Source: Octopus sinensis
Lineage: Eukaryota
Assembly: GCF_006345805.1 (NCBI RefSeq)
Contig: NC_043000.1
Span: 134,230,001 to 134,294,000, forward strand
DNA: 64,000 nt
Direction: 5' to 3'
The notes under the pieces: generated by a model
Database searches by the model: none
The model's input: the letters and a program-made list of their open reading frames with translations, nothing else
What the model was told of the DNA's origin: nothing
In this document: positions 11,828-23,007 of the stretch, piece after piece
Layout: every line of letters begins with the position of its first letter
Position numbering within the stretch: the stretch's first letter is position 1
Program-made: the position numbers and the translations under genes

Positions 11828-12702
11828 TGCATGGCATTTACCAAAATTTGTATTACATTCCTAATCTGCAGAATTCAGCTGAAACCAAAATCACTTTCCA
11901 CCAAGACTGCAATGCTCGACCAGTTCTGAAATGCACCATATTGCACAAACTGTACTAACATTGTTTATATTCATTCTAAAAGAAATAAGGAAGTGCAAGA
12001 GAGAAACTAATCTATCCCTCTGTCATCCATAATTGTTCTGTTATGGAATTACAGGCCTTAGCTGTTCACGTTAAAATTTTCAATGGGATGTTGAATTTAT
12101 TACCCTCATATTTAATTTAGTAGAAAGCTAAACAACAAAAGTATTTGAAAATGTATCACAAACTAGTGTGCCATGTTAAATAGTCTCGTATTCCTGAGTA
12201 CCTCATAGAAATGCCCTGACTAGTGTAACCTTCCATATATAATGCAATACCAAACTTGTCATCCACCACTGCCAGCTGTCACACTGAAATGACCTGATGC
12301 CAACACCTGTGTTTTCCTACAGTATTCTGACAATCTTAAAAGTTGTCCAGAGCTAGAGTTGATTAATGCACTTGTTTTTGTTGTTGTTGCTTAGCCCCAG
12401 GACAGCTTTCTCTGACACAGTTTATCCAGGTTTACATTATTGAATGTATACTTTTCTACAATGGTAGATATTGATATGAGAAATATTTAGTTGCTATTTC
12501 TAGCGGGTCAGGCAACCATGTAGAGGTTTTGGACTTTAGCAAAGAACCTCATGACAATTTTCACTGCATTAAATTCTCTTTGAAATTTTTGTTCATAGAT
12601 ATTTGAACAGATCTAAAAATTAGAGCGTGATGAGGTAACTTGGCATGTGGGCCTCTAGGATGAAACAACCAAGGATGATAAGTGGTAATATGCTGCACAA
12701 CA

Positions 12703-12936
12703 TAGGGCGGTGAGCTAGCAGAATCGTTAGCACGTCGGGCGAAATGCTTAGCGGTATTTCGGCTGCCGTTACATTCTGAGTTCAAATTCCGCTGAGGCCG
12801 ACTTTGCCTTTCATCCATTCGGGGTCGATTAAATAAGTACCAGTTACGCACTGGGGTCGATATAATCGACTTAATCCGTTTGCCTGTCCTTGTTTGTCCT
12901 CTCTGTGTTTAGCCCCTTGTGGGCAATAAAGATATA
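12703..12936 (+). mobile_element. Family A SINE with 16-bp target-site duplication
   Basis: TSD AATATGCTGCACAACA at 12687-12702 and 12937-12952. Confidence 0.9.
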
Positions 12937-13264
12937 AATATGCTGCACAACAAATCTAACTCATACTAGCATGGAAAAATGGACATCAAAGCTACAACAA
13001 CGACAATGGTGATCATTCCTGATAGAGAGAGGAGGAGGAGAGAGAGAGAGAGAGAGAGAATGTGTACGTGTGTGTAAGTGCGTTCAATTTTCTATGGCTT
13101 GATGCCCTTCTTGTTGCCAACCACCACTTGTTTGTAAATGAAGTCATAATAATAAGCAACAAACATGTTTACATAAAGAACTGGAAACAACTGACACCAT
13201 AAGAATGAACTTGGTTATGCTTTCAGGGTGGGCTATCAGTAAACAACCGTGAGTATATATAATA

Positions 13265-13720
13265 TAATAATAATGAAAGCGTTGCATACAGTGCTCAGGT
13301 GCACTACAACTAAAAACAAAAAAAAAGGCCATTGGGTGCACTGTTGGCGAATTTCAAGAATCATGGAAATTTTGAAGGATGTAGTGTCTCGACAGCTAAC
13401 AACTGATGCAGGTAGTTTATTCCATGCTTCAGCAATTCTCAGCGTGAAAAAATGTTTACGAAAGTCATGGATGCTGTCTTATATTTTGATTTTAAATGTA
13501 TGTCCGTGAGTGTTTGTCATATGGAATTCAAAAAGGTGCTCAAGGTTTTTATTGGAAAGATTGTGGATAATCTTGTAGATGTCTACCAAGTTAGTTGCCA
13601 GATGTCTGGGCTTCAATATGTGAAGACAAAGGAATTGCAAACTCACTCACACACAGATATACTCTGTAAAATAGGTAGCATTAGGAACAGTGTCCAGGTG
13701 CAGAAACCAAGCCAAAGCCG
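13265..13720 (-). mobile_element. CR1-clade LINE 3' end (C-terminal part of ORF2)
   Basis: The minus strand translates to ...DLVDIYKIIHNLSNKNLEHLFEFHMTNTHGHTFKIKIQDSIHDFRKHFFTLRIAEAWNKLPASVVSCRDTTSFKISM, which carries the CR1-type FF..R....WN.LP..VV motif. A (TTA)n tail follows. Confidence 0.85.
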
Positions 13721-15120
13721 ACATGGTTTGGCATAGTCTTCTGACCTGCCAGCTCCCACTGAACTGTCCAACCCACACCAGCAAGGAAGATGTTAAATAG
13801 TGGTGGTAGTGGTGATGATGATGATGATTTTTGTGAGTGTGTGTGTGTGTGCAGATGGGGACAGACAGGGGACACACAAACACATACATACATACGAATA
13901 TGATGATCTTTCAGTCTCTATTGACCAACTCCACTTACAAGGCTTTAGTGAGCCCACAACTATAGTAGGAGACACTTGGCCAACATACCACAGTAGGACT
14001 GAACCAAGAACCATGTGGTTGAGAAGTGAACATCATAACTACAGACACCCTTTTCAATCAGCAGAAATAATCAGTATTAAATTAAGGTTGATATTGTATC
14101 TGTTATTCTGCGTTTACTCTGATCCGAATAAGTTTATGCATACAGATTAGCTGACTCAAAATATTTAAAGTAACTCTCAAAGTCAAAACATCAGACATTT
14201 TTCTTTTCTTTTTTCTTCTTTTTTTCTTTCTTTTTCTTTTTTTTTTTTTTATTCCATTTAAAACACATACTGTAGTAACTAGTAATTTTATCCATACTGG
14301 TAATCTGAAATTAATTGAAACGCTTAAATAGCACATGAATAAATAGTCTAGCTTGCCATCATATCACCATATAGCCAAAGATTATAAAACACTTGCTAAA
14401 AGCAACATTACACAAGAGATTGTATAAATATTCTCAAAACTAGATTCTAGATTCTTTTTCATGTGAGTGTGTGTAGAAAGAGAGATATAAAAGGAGGGGT
14501 GGGAGAAAGAGAGAGAGAGAGGAATTTCAATTTCTTTAAAATTTCCATTTTAGTGAAATAATTAACCATGCATAAAAATGATTTCTGAAGAGAGTCCACA
14601 AAAATTCTCAATTTCTATTAACTTTTTCTTATGTAAATCAATTTAATTTCTTATAATTTAAAAGAGGTGGGAAATAGAATATATTTTAGTTCTGTAAATA
14701 TCTATCTCGACTAAGACAGTTTATAAAAAAAAAAAAGAAAGTTAATACTTTGTATTAACAGCAACATTTGAACTGGAAGAAACTGATACGTTAATAAATA
14801 AATTTTCTTGCAATAAAATTCATTTTACTTTTGAAACTGACTGATTATGAAAAATTATTAAACATATATCTTTAGAAATAATGTATTTCTCTTGTTTTAA
14901 ATAACTAAAAATCTACATCTTTATCATCTTATGTTAATAGCCATCGCTGTCAATTCTCACTCAGTATCTTTACAGAAAGCTTATTCAGCAGAAATACTAA
15001 CTGGTTAACAAATAATTCTTAGGTTTCTACCATACATTCATACAGTGACTAGTTCTTTCATGGCTCTCTTTACTGATGTCAGGTTAACAAGAATCAGTAA
15101 CTTCATTTAAAATGATGTTA

Positions 15121-15650
15121 TAATGGTTTCAAATTTTGGCACAGAGCCAGCAGTTTTTGAGGGTGGAGAGTCAATCACATCCACCCCAGTACTTAATGGG
15201 TTCTTACTTTATTGACCCCCCAAAAGGATGAAAGGTAGCAAAGTCAACTTTGGTGGAATATGAATTCATAATGTAAATCATTATCATGGTCATCGTTTAA
15301 CGCCCGCTTTCCATGCTAGCATGGGTTGGACGATTTGACTGAGGACTGGCGAACCAGATGGCTGCACCAGGCTCCAATCTGATCTGGCAGAGCTTCTACA
15401 TCTGGATGCCCTTCCTAACACCAACCACTCTGAGAGTGTAGTGGGTACCTTTTACGTGCCACCGGCACAAGGGCCAGTCTGGCGGTACTGGCAACGGCCA
15501 TGCTCAAATGGTGTTTTTTACGTGCCACCTGCACAGGAGCCAGTCCAGCGGCACTGGCAACAACCTCACTCGAATGTTTTTCACGTGCCGCCAGCACAAG
15601 TGCCAGTAAGGCCTTAAATGCCACTAAGAATTTTGTCTAAGCAGCATTTT
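15121..15650 (-). mobile_element. Family A2 SINE interrupted by a family C element (about 15283-15612)
   Basis: The A2 tail and body occupy 15121-15277, then comes a C element with GTGCCACCGGCAC repeats, then the A2 head resumes (AAATGCCACTAAG). Confidence 0.65.
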
Positions 15651-15689
15651 GAATTTAATAGAAAAATAATAGCAATAATGATAATGATT

Positions 15690-16095
15690 TAAAATTTTGA
15701 CACAAGGCCAGCAATTTCGGGGGAGGGGTAAGTTAATTACATTTACTACCACCACCACCACACTAGTGCTTAACTGTTACTTTATTTTATCAACTGCAAA
15801 GGGAGGAAAGGCAATGTTGACCTCATCAGGATTTGAACTCAGAATGTAAAGAGCCAATAATAATAATAATAATAATGATTTCAAATTTTGGCACAAGGCC
15901 AGCAATTTCAGAGGAGAGGTAAGTCAATTATATTGACCCAGTGCTTAACTGGTGCTTAGTTTTTTCGACCCCGAAAGGATGAAAGGCAAAGTTGACCGCG
16001 GAAGAAATTTAACTTGGAACAAAAAGAGTTGGAAAAAATGTCATTAAGCCTTTTGTCTAATATGGAAACAATTCTGTCAGCTTGCTGCCTTCAAT
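15690..16095 (-). mobile_element. Two tandem family A2 SINEs with (AAT)n junctions
   Basis: AAATTTTG[AG]CACAAGGCCAGCAATTTC occurs twice, each followed by a degenerate copy of the A2 central block (GAAAGGCAA core). Confidence 0.7.
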
Positions 16096-16102
16096 AACAA
16101 TA

Positions 16103-16133
<31 letters not shown>

Positions 16134-16228
16134 TTTTCCTGTTTAAGGCAAAAGGCCTAGAATTCAGGGGAGGAGTTAAGCTGATACTATTAATCCCAGT
16201 ACTTTTATTTGATGTTAACAAGCCCCAT

Positions 16229-16420
16229 AGGCGTAGGAGTGGCTGTGTGGTAAGTAGCTTGCATACGAACCACGTGGTTCCAAGTTCAGTCCCACTGCGT
16301 GGCACCTTGGGTAAGTGCCTTCTACTATAGCCTTGGGCCAACCAAAGCCTTGTGAGTGGATTTGGTAGACGGAAACTGAAAGAAGCTTGTCGTATATACA
16401 CATATATATATATATATATA

Positions 16421-16451
<31 letters not shown>

Positions 16452-16660
16452 TTGTGTGTCTGTGTTTGTCCCCCCAATATTGCTTGACAACCGATGCTAG
16501 TGTGTCTACATCCCTATAACTTAGCGGTTCGGCAAAAGAGATGGATAGAATAAGTACTAGGCTTATAAAGAATAAGTCCTGGGGTCAATTTGCTCGACTA
16601 AAGGTGGTGCTCCAGCATGGCCACAGTCAAATGACTGAAACAAGTAAAAGAGTAAAAGAA
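16229..16660 (+). mobile_element. Young family B1 SINE nested in an older A2 fragment
   Basis: Full head, CORE-like block, (AT)/(GT) microsatellite and tail. The flanks continue an A2 minus-strand sequence. Confidence 0.85.
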
Positions 16661-16785
16661 TAACCCCGGACGGGTGAAAGGCAAAGTTGGCCTCAGTAGG
16701 ATTTTAATTTTATTTTATTGACCTGAGAGAAATAAAAAGCAACCTCTAGCAAAATTTAAATTTGAAATCTAAAATATTATAAAAT

Positions 16786-17319
16786 ACTAGCAGTATCGCC
16801 CGGCGTTGCTCAGATTTGTAAGGGAAATAACTATATAAGCATTTTTAGAGAGTTATAGCAAAAAAATGCATTAAAAATGGAATAAAAAATGATGATAATT
16901 TTTTTTTTAAATCGTTGACTCAGTGTCTTCAAGCCATGAAGTCGTTGTTCTAAAAGAACGCTGGTCTCCTTGACAACGCTTTACGACGTTGATTTCCTTA
17001 CCCTCCCTTCCCCACAGCTTCACAAGGGAGGGAAGAAGGGGGAGAAGCAAACAGGTGCAGGTGTGACCGTGGACGCCAACTCCGCCGCCATCGACACACG
17101 AAAAATTATGCATTAAAATGGAATAAAAAATTATGTTAAATTATTTTTTAAATCGTAGACTCATCGTAGACGCACGCTAATAGCCAGACGGGCTCGATAT
17201 GAATTACGACTATAAGATACCCGAATTTGGTTAAACTGCACCGCAAAATGTGGGAGTAGTTAGGAATCTAAATCGAAGGGGACAGACACTCACACAACTA
17301 CAGTTTTATATATATAGAT
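16786..17319 (+). mobile_element. Non-autonomous Helentron/HINE (DINE-1-like) element
   Basis: Starts ACTAGCAGTATCGCCCGGCGTTGCTC and ends GACAGACACTCACAC...TTTTATATATATAGAT, the typical HINE terminal layout. It contains roughly 60-bp internal direct repeats and is CpG-rich. Confidence 0.75.
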
Positions 17320-18499
17320 GACATGCTATTGAGAAAAGAGAATTAGGATCAGAAAAAAGAAAAAAAAAAACACTTGCATATCTTTCTTGAAGTCTTGTAT
17401 AAAAATAAGGAGGACAGATCAGCACCTAAAGTTACAAGTCATCTTCAAACATCTGTCAAACCAAATGAAGATAAAAGCACTCTAGAAATAGCATAAGTTT
17501 TAATAAAAGTATATTCTCTCTTATATAAACACAAACTTGATTTTGCATTTTACTCCAATCTATGAATGGCTAAAATGTTAAATTCAACAAAAACTTTGCA
17601 AAACAAAAATGGAAAAGAAAAGATGCCATGCTTTTATTTCATTATCCAGAACACTTCACATAAAATAGACACCCAACAAAAAAAATAGTATATGCATGAT
17701 ATAGTGAGCTTATGTGAAATTACTTTCAAATAACTTTATTGACCTACAAAAAAATGTGTTGAATGTTCAACCCTTCTTCCTCTCCCCCTCCTCTCTCTCT
17801 CTCTCTCTCTCTCTCAGCTGTTGTGTCAATAGGAAACAAAATTTAGAATTTACATCTGAAAAATATAAAATATCACAGCCACTGGGATAGGGGAATCCAT
17901 TTATTGGTATTTTAATCCTCATATAGCAAAGCATGACATATTTTATAACTTAGGTTTAAACCATTTTGTCTGACAATATATAATACAGCCACAGTTCTTA
18001 TCTCGTCTGCATACAGCAGGAAACAGAGAAAAAAACAACAGAATTAGTTTACCAGTATCTTTTTATCTTTTACTCGTTTCAGTTATTGGACTGCAGCTAT
18101 GCTGGGACACAGCCTTGAGTATAGATATATAACTACTAATAAATGACAAATATTTTGCCAAAAAAAATAAATATCTGATGTTATGAGGTCCAGAAGCAAT
18201 CTTGACAAAGAGAAATAATTGTGTTAATCACCTTCAGTTATTTTTCCTGGAACTGAGATGGAAGATATTCCATGTAAATAAACAAGCTACATCAATTATA
18301 ATTAAAATTAAGTGATTCTAATTTAGGTGCAATGCCAACAATTTGGAGGAAGGGGCCAATCGATTACATCAGCCCCAATATTTGACTAGTACTCTATTTT
18401 GTAGACCCCTGAGGGAAGAAAAGCAAAATTGCCTACAGTATGAAAGCTTTGCCTTTCATTCCCCTTGGGAAATTGAACTTGGAACACAATGCCAGAAAA

Positions 18500-18910
18500 A
18501 ATTATACCTATTTCTTTACTACCCACAAGGGGCTAAACAAGGACAGACAAACGGATTAAGTCGATTATATCGACCCCAGTGCATAACTGGTACTTATTTA
18601 ATTGACCCCGAAAGGATGAAAGGCAAAGTTGACCTTGGCGAAATCTGAACTCAGAACGTAGCGGCAAACGAAATACCTATTTCTTTACTACCCACAAGGG
18701 GCTAAACTCAGAGAAGACAAACAAGAACAGACAAACGGATTAAGTCGATTATATCGACCCCAGTGCGTAACTGGTACTTATTTAATTGACCCCGAAAGGA
18801 TGATAGGCAAAGTCGACCTTGGCAGAATTTGAACTCAGAACACAGTGGCAGATGAAATACTGCTAAGCATTTCGCCCGGCGTGCTAACGTTTCTGCCAGC
18901 TCACCGCCTT
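18500..18910 (-). mobile_element. Head-to-tail dimer of family A SINEs
   Basis: TACCTATTTCTTTACTACCCACAAGGGGCTAAAC occurs at about 18505 and 18676. The second copy is full length. Confidence 0.8.
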
Positions 18911-18960
18911 AATACAACCAAGCATTTTGCTCAGCATGCTAACAATTCGGCCAATCCACT

Positions 18961-19340
18961 GCAATAATAATAGATCAACATACCATCATGAAAGAAAGAA
19001 AAAAGGGTGATAAATATGGAGACCTGAGAATTGAGATCGCTCAGATGTGGCAGCTACGAGAGCCAAACACAAAGATTGTCTCTAATGTCATCGGAGCATT
19101 GGATTCAATACGACCCAATCTGAAAAAAAACATCTGAAAACTTTAGAAATACCCTACAATCTAGATGTATTGCAAAAGTCGACATTACTTGGAACTGCAC
19201 GTATATTGTGTAAAGTATTGTCTGTCTGAGGTCCTTGTTGTGACTTGACAAACAATGCAAACCTCCAGTAGACACAATATCTTCAATAAACATCCTCACG
19301 ATATTGTATACTGTGCGATGTCAATAATAATAATAATAAT
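18961..19340 (+). mobile_element. Second R4/Dong-type 3' end (distinct subfamily)
   Basis: KERKKGDKYGDLRIEIAQMWQLREPNTKIVSNVIGALDSIRPNLK, then a frameshift in an A-run, then HLKTLEIPYNLDVLQKSTLLGTARILCKVLSV* (stop at 19227-19229). (AAT)n on both sides. Confidence 0.8.
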
Positions 19341-19744
19341 TTTACTGTTTCTTTACTACCCACAAGGGGCTAAACACGGAGGGGACAAACAAGGACAGAC
19401 AAAGGGATTAAGTCGATTACATCGACCCCAGTGCGTAACTGGTACTTATTTAATCAACCCCGAAGAGATGAAAATAATTTCAAATTTTGGCACCAGGTCG
19501 GCAATTTTGGGGGAGGTGGTAAGTCAATTATATCAACCCCAAAAGGATGAAAGGCAAAGTCAACCATGGCGGAATTTGGACTCAAAACACAAAGACAGAT
19601 GAAATGTCAAAAAGCATTTTGGCTGACATACTAATGATTCTGCCAATACAACACCAAAGCTTTGTGTGTGGATTTGGTAGATGGGGACTAAAAGATGTTC
19701 AATGTGTGTGTATGTGTTTATGTCTCCTTGTCTTATCATAATCA

Positions 19745-20210
19745 TCATCAACATCATCATTTAACTTCCGTTCTCCATGTTAGCATAGTTTGGACAGTTT
19801 CACAGGAGCTGGCAAACCGGAGGACTGTACCAGACCTCAGTCGTCTGTTTTGACATGGTTTCTACAATTGGATGCCCTTCCCAATGCCAACCACTTTACA
19901 GAGTGTACTAGCTGCTTGTATGAGACATGGATGCTTTTTATGTGACACCAGCCACATGAGTGTCATTGTCATTTATTTCCAGTATTCTATGAAAACCTGT
20001 TTGGCCATGGCAAAATATTTCCCCCATGGCATATTTTCAAAGAATATGAGAAGAAAATGAATGACACTGCTTATATGACAGTGATACTCATTTACAACTA
20101 TCAGCAAAGTCAACTCAGGGAGGGAGGGAGAGAGAAAAAAACACATACACACACGATGGGCTTCTTTTAGTTTCCATCTATAAAATCCACTTACAAGGTT
20201 TTGGTTACTC
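19745..20210 (-). mobile_element. Composite degenerate C/B2 element
   Basis: (CAT)n tail, a C-type block, then the B2 internal block and CORE-side fragment. Confidence 0.55.
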
Positions 20211-21559
20211 AGGTGTTCTTTCTAAAAAATAAGCATATCAAACATTAAAGAAGAGAATGGGAGAACTTAACTATTTCCTTACTGGACAAAATATTGAAAT
20301 TCAGTATCGGAATAAAGATTTGAACACATGACCCTTTAATGAAAGGGTATATTGTACTTCATAGAACTATATAGAAATATATATCAATAAGTGTCAGTTT
20401 TCTCATGATTTCTGAGATATTAATTCAAGAAAATATCATCAAATCATGAGAAATGTGATTAAGGGAATTGAAATGAGGAAAATTATTGGAAACATAATAT
20501 GACATTAACAAAACAAATAATAATGAAAAGGTAACAATTTCACATGGATACAAACGATCGTAATTTTGATTTATAACACCTTCCCAAACAGATAAATTAT
20601 AACTTATGTATGCAAATATAAAAACAACTCGATACATATTTAGACAACAATATACACGCTTACATAATAATGTTACAATACATACACAAACACACATATA
20701 TGTTAAACAGAGACACGCACAGACATATGACTAACAATTTATTTCATATAAACATATATATTAATATAAACATGAATTTATTATATAAGTGCTATAAACA
20801 CTTTATCATCTTTATTTTGGCAACAGTTCATTAATCACCCAGATACTAACAACCTTCATACACACACATACACATGCATCCATGCAGACACACACACACT
20901 TGTATGCACACATACACTCACGTACACACATACACAATGGTTGATTAGTTTTTGTAAGTGTCCAAAACTATTGGGAAACCTAATAAGCTAGATTATTATT
21001 TTTTTCCTATTTAATCCGTCTAAATTAATAACGGAGACAATTTAAATGTATTATTCGATAATAAGTCGGAGAGGCCAGGGTAAATATTAATAGTTTTGCA
21101 GACTCTTTTATACACCAACTAATAATAGTATAGAAATAAGATAAATCTTCACATATGCATTCATCCTGAAACATTCCTGTTTGGAGACAGACAACACACA
21201 CATACACACACACAAGCGCCAAGATCGTCAGTCCAAAAATTATTTGGACCATCTATATAATCAATTCTTACCATTTTTCTCTAATTGTAGATACTAGCTG
21301 CCACAGTTCATGTTTACAGATTGATTTCTTCACCCTTACTCTTGGATTAATTCAGAAATAGTAATTTTTTTTTGTTTACTTTGTTGTTTTTCATTGTTAT
21401 TTCTTTGTCTTTCTTATACCAAATCCTTAGCACCACAATTATATGCCATTCAAAGAACAAGTATAGAGAACAATTTCTTGTGGTGTGTTAATTCTAAGCT
21501 CATCCAAAAATGCTAAAAAAAAAAATTTTTTTTTTTTAAATTAAATATGGACACCCTAG

Positions 21560-21781
21560 TTAAACCTTTTGGTATCATATTTCAGTTGAAATACGCTGCC
21601 TTTGTGTTAATTAATTTTGAGAATACTGAAGAATTCAGTAACTTTATTATCAAGCTGGTGTTGAGAACACAAATTGATGTGAAATTTTAATGAGAGGTTT
21701 CAATTTAGATTACTTTAAAACAGGAAGTATGTATTTTAGAACCATGGGTAATCTCAGGCAGGGTGGTATCAAATGGGCTAA
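21560..21781. mobile_element. Degenerate piggyBac-type MITE related to family D
   Basis: TTAAACCTTTT...AAATGGGCTAA ends. Internal layout resembles family D. Confidence 0.6.
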
Positions 21782-22265
21782 GTTTAAACAAACTTAATAA
21801 AGAGATAATCACATCTGAACAGCAATCAAAACTATCTTTAAATAAATCTGAGAAAATATCAGTACCAAAAATTAAGATCTAAGAACAAAATGCTAAGCTA
21901 TTTAATTATAAAGCTACATTAATACTCTTTACTGAAAAGTCAAGCAATAAACTAGACCCAGCTTGCATGTTAAACTATTTTAATTAATTAGTTAAGCATT
22001 TTCGTTTTTAAGTGAAAACCATTTGCTATTTGATATGTATGAGCATATTCTAAGGGAAATACATGAAGCACTAACAATCTAGTTGGGAAATTTTAGAAAA
22101 ACCAGCCACATTACATGGCAAGAACTGCCTATGTCAAACAAAAACTTTTGAGAGTGTAAGACTAGTTTCAAAGATATGTTAATGATGAAATTTGCAGATC
22201 TGTCCAACTTAAACTAGAATGGAAATTAAAGATAAAATGCCAGATTGAAAAGCCAAGAAATGTTT

Positions 22266-22387
22266 AATAGGCACAGGCAATGCTGTGTGGTAAAAAGTTT
22301 GCTTCCCAATCACATGGTTCTAGGTTCAAACCCAACTAAACCCTTGAGTGGATTTGGTAGGCAGAAACTGAAAGAAGCTCATCACGC

Positions 22388-22432
<45 letters not shown>

Positions 22433-22700
22433 CTGAGTGAGTATGTATGTGTGTGTGAACGACCAATATATATATATGTATGTATGTATGTATACATCTA
22501 TGTGCATCTTTGTGTTTGTCCCCCACCACTGCTTAAAAACTGGTGTTGGTTTATTTGCGTCCTTGTAACTTGGTGGTTCAGCATAAGAGACTGATAGAAT
22601 AAGTCCCAGGCTTAAAAATAAGTACTGGACTCAATTTGTTTGACTAATCCCTTCAAGACCATACCGCAACCATAACTGCAGTCCAATGACTGAAATAAGA
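22266..22700 (+). mobile_element. Degenerate family B1 SINE
   Basis: GCTGTGTGGTAAAAAGTTTGCTTCCCAA head, microsatellite and CAGTCCAATGACTGAAA tail. Confidence 0.7.
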
Positions 22701-22759
22701 ACAATATTTGACAGATCATTAAAAATGATCTTTTCTATAAAATAGTTACAATATCTACT

Positions 22760-23007
22760 GCCGTGACCCGACTTTTCATCCAATGTCACATCATCCATGT
22801 CTTTTGGTCCAAAGTCTTTTTGTCTAATGATGATTTTTTTTTGGGGTCCGACTTTTTGTCCAATTTTCAATAAACATTTTAGAAAACAAGGTGAGCATCA
22901 AAATTAAATAATTGAAAATTTTATTGATAGGATTTGTCGTTTGACAAAAAAAAGTCATCAGACAAAAAGACATTTGACTAAGTGTCGTCAGACGAAAAGA
23001 CAGCACC
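22760..23007. mobile_element. Foldback-like non-autonomous element
   Basis: Four direct copies of a roughly 14-bp motif (G[AT]CTTTT..TC.AA) on the left and four inverted copies (e.g. TCAGACAAAAAGAC, TCAGACGAAAAGAC) on the right. Confidence 0.5.
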
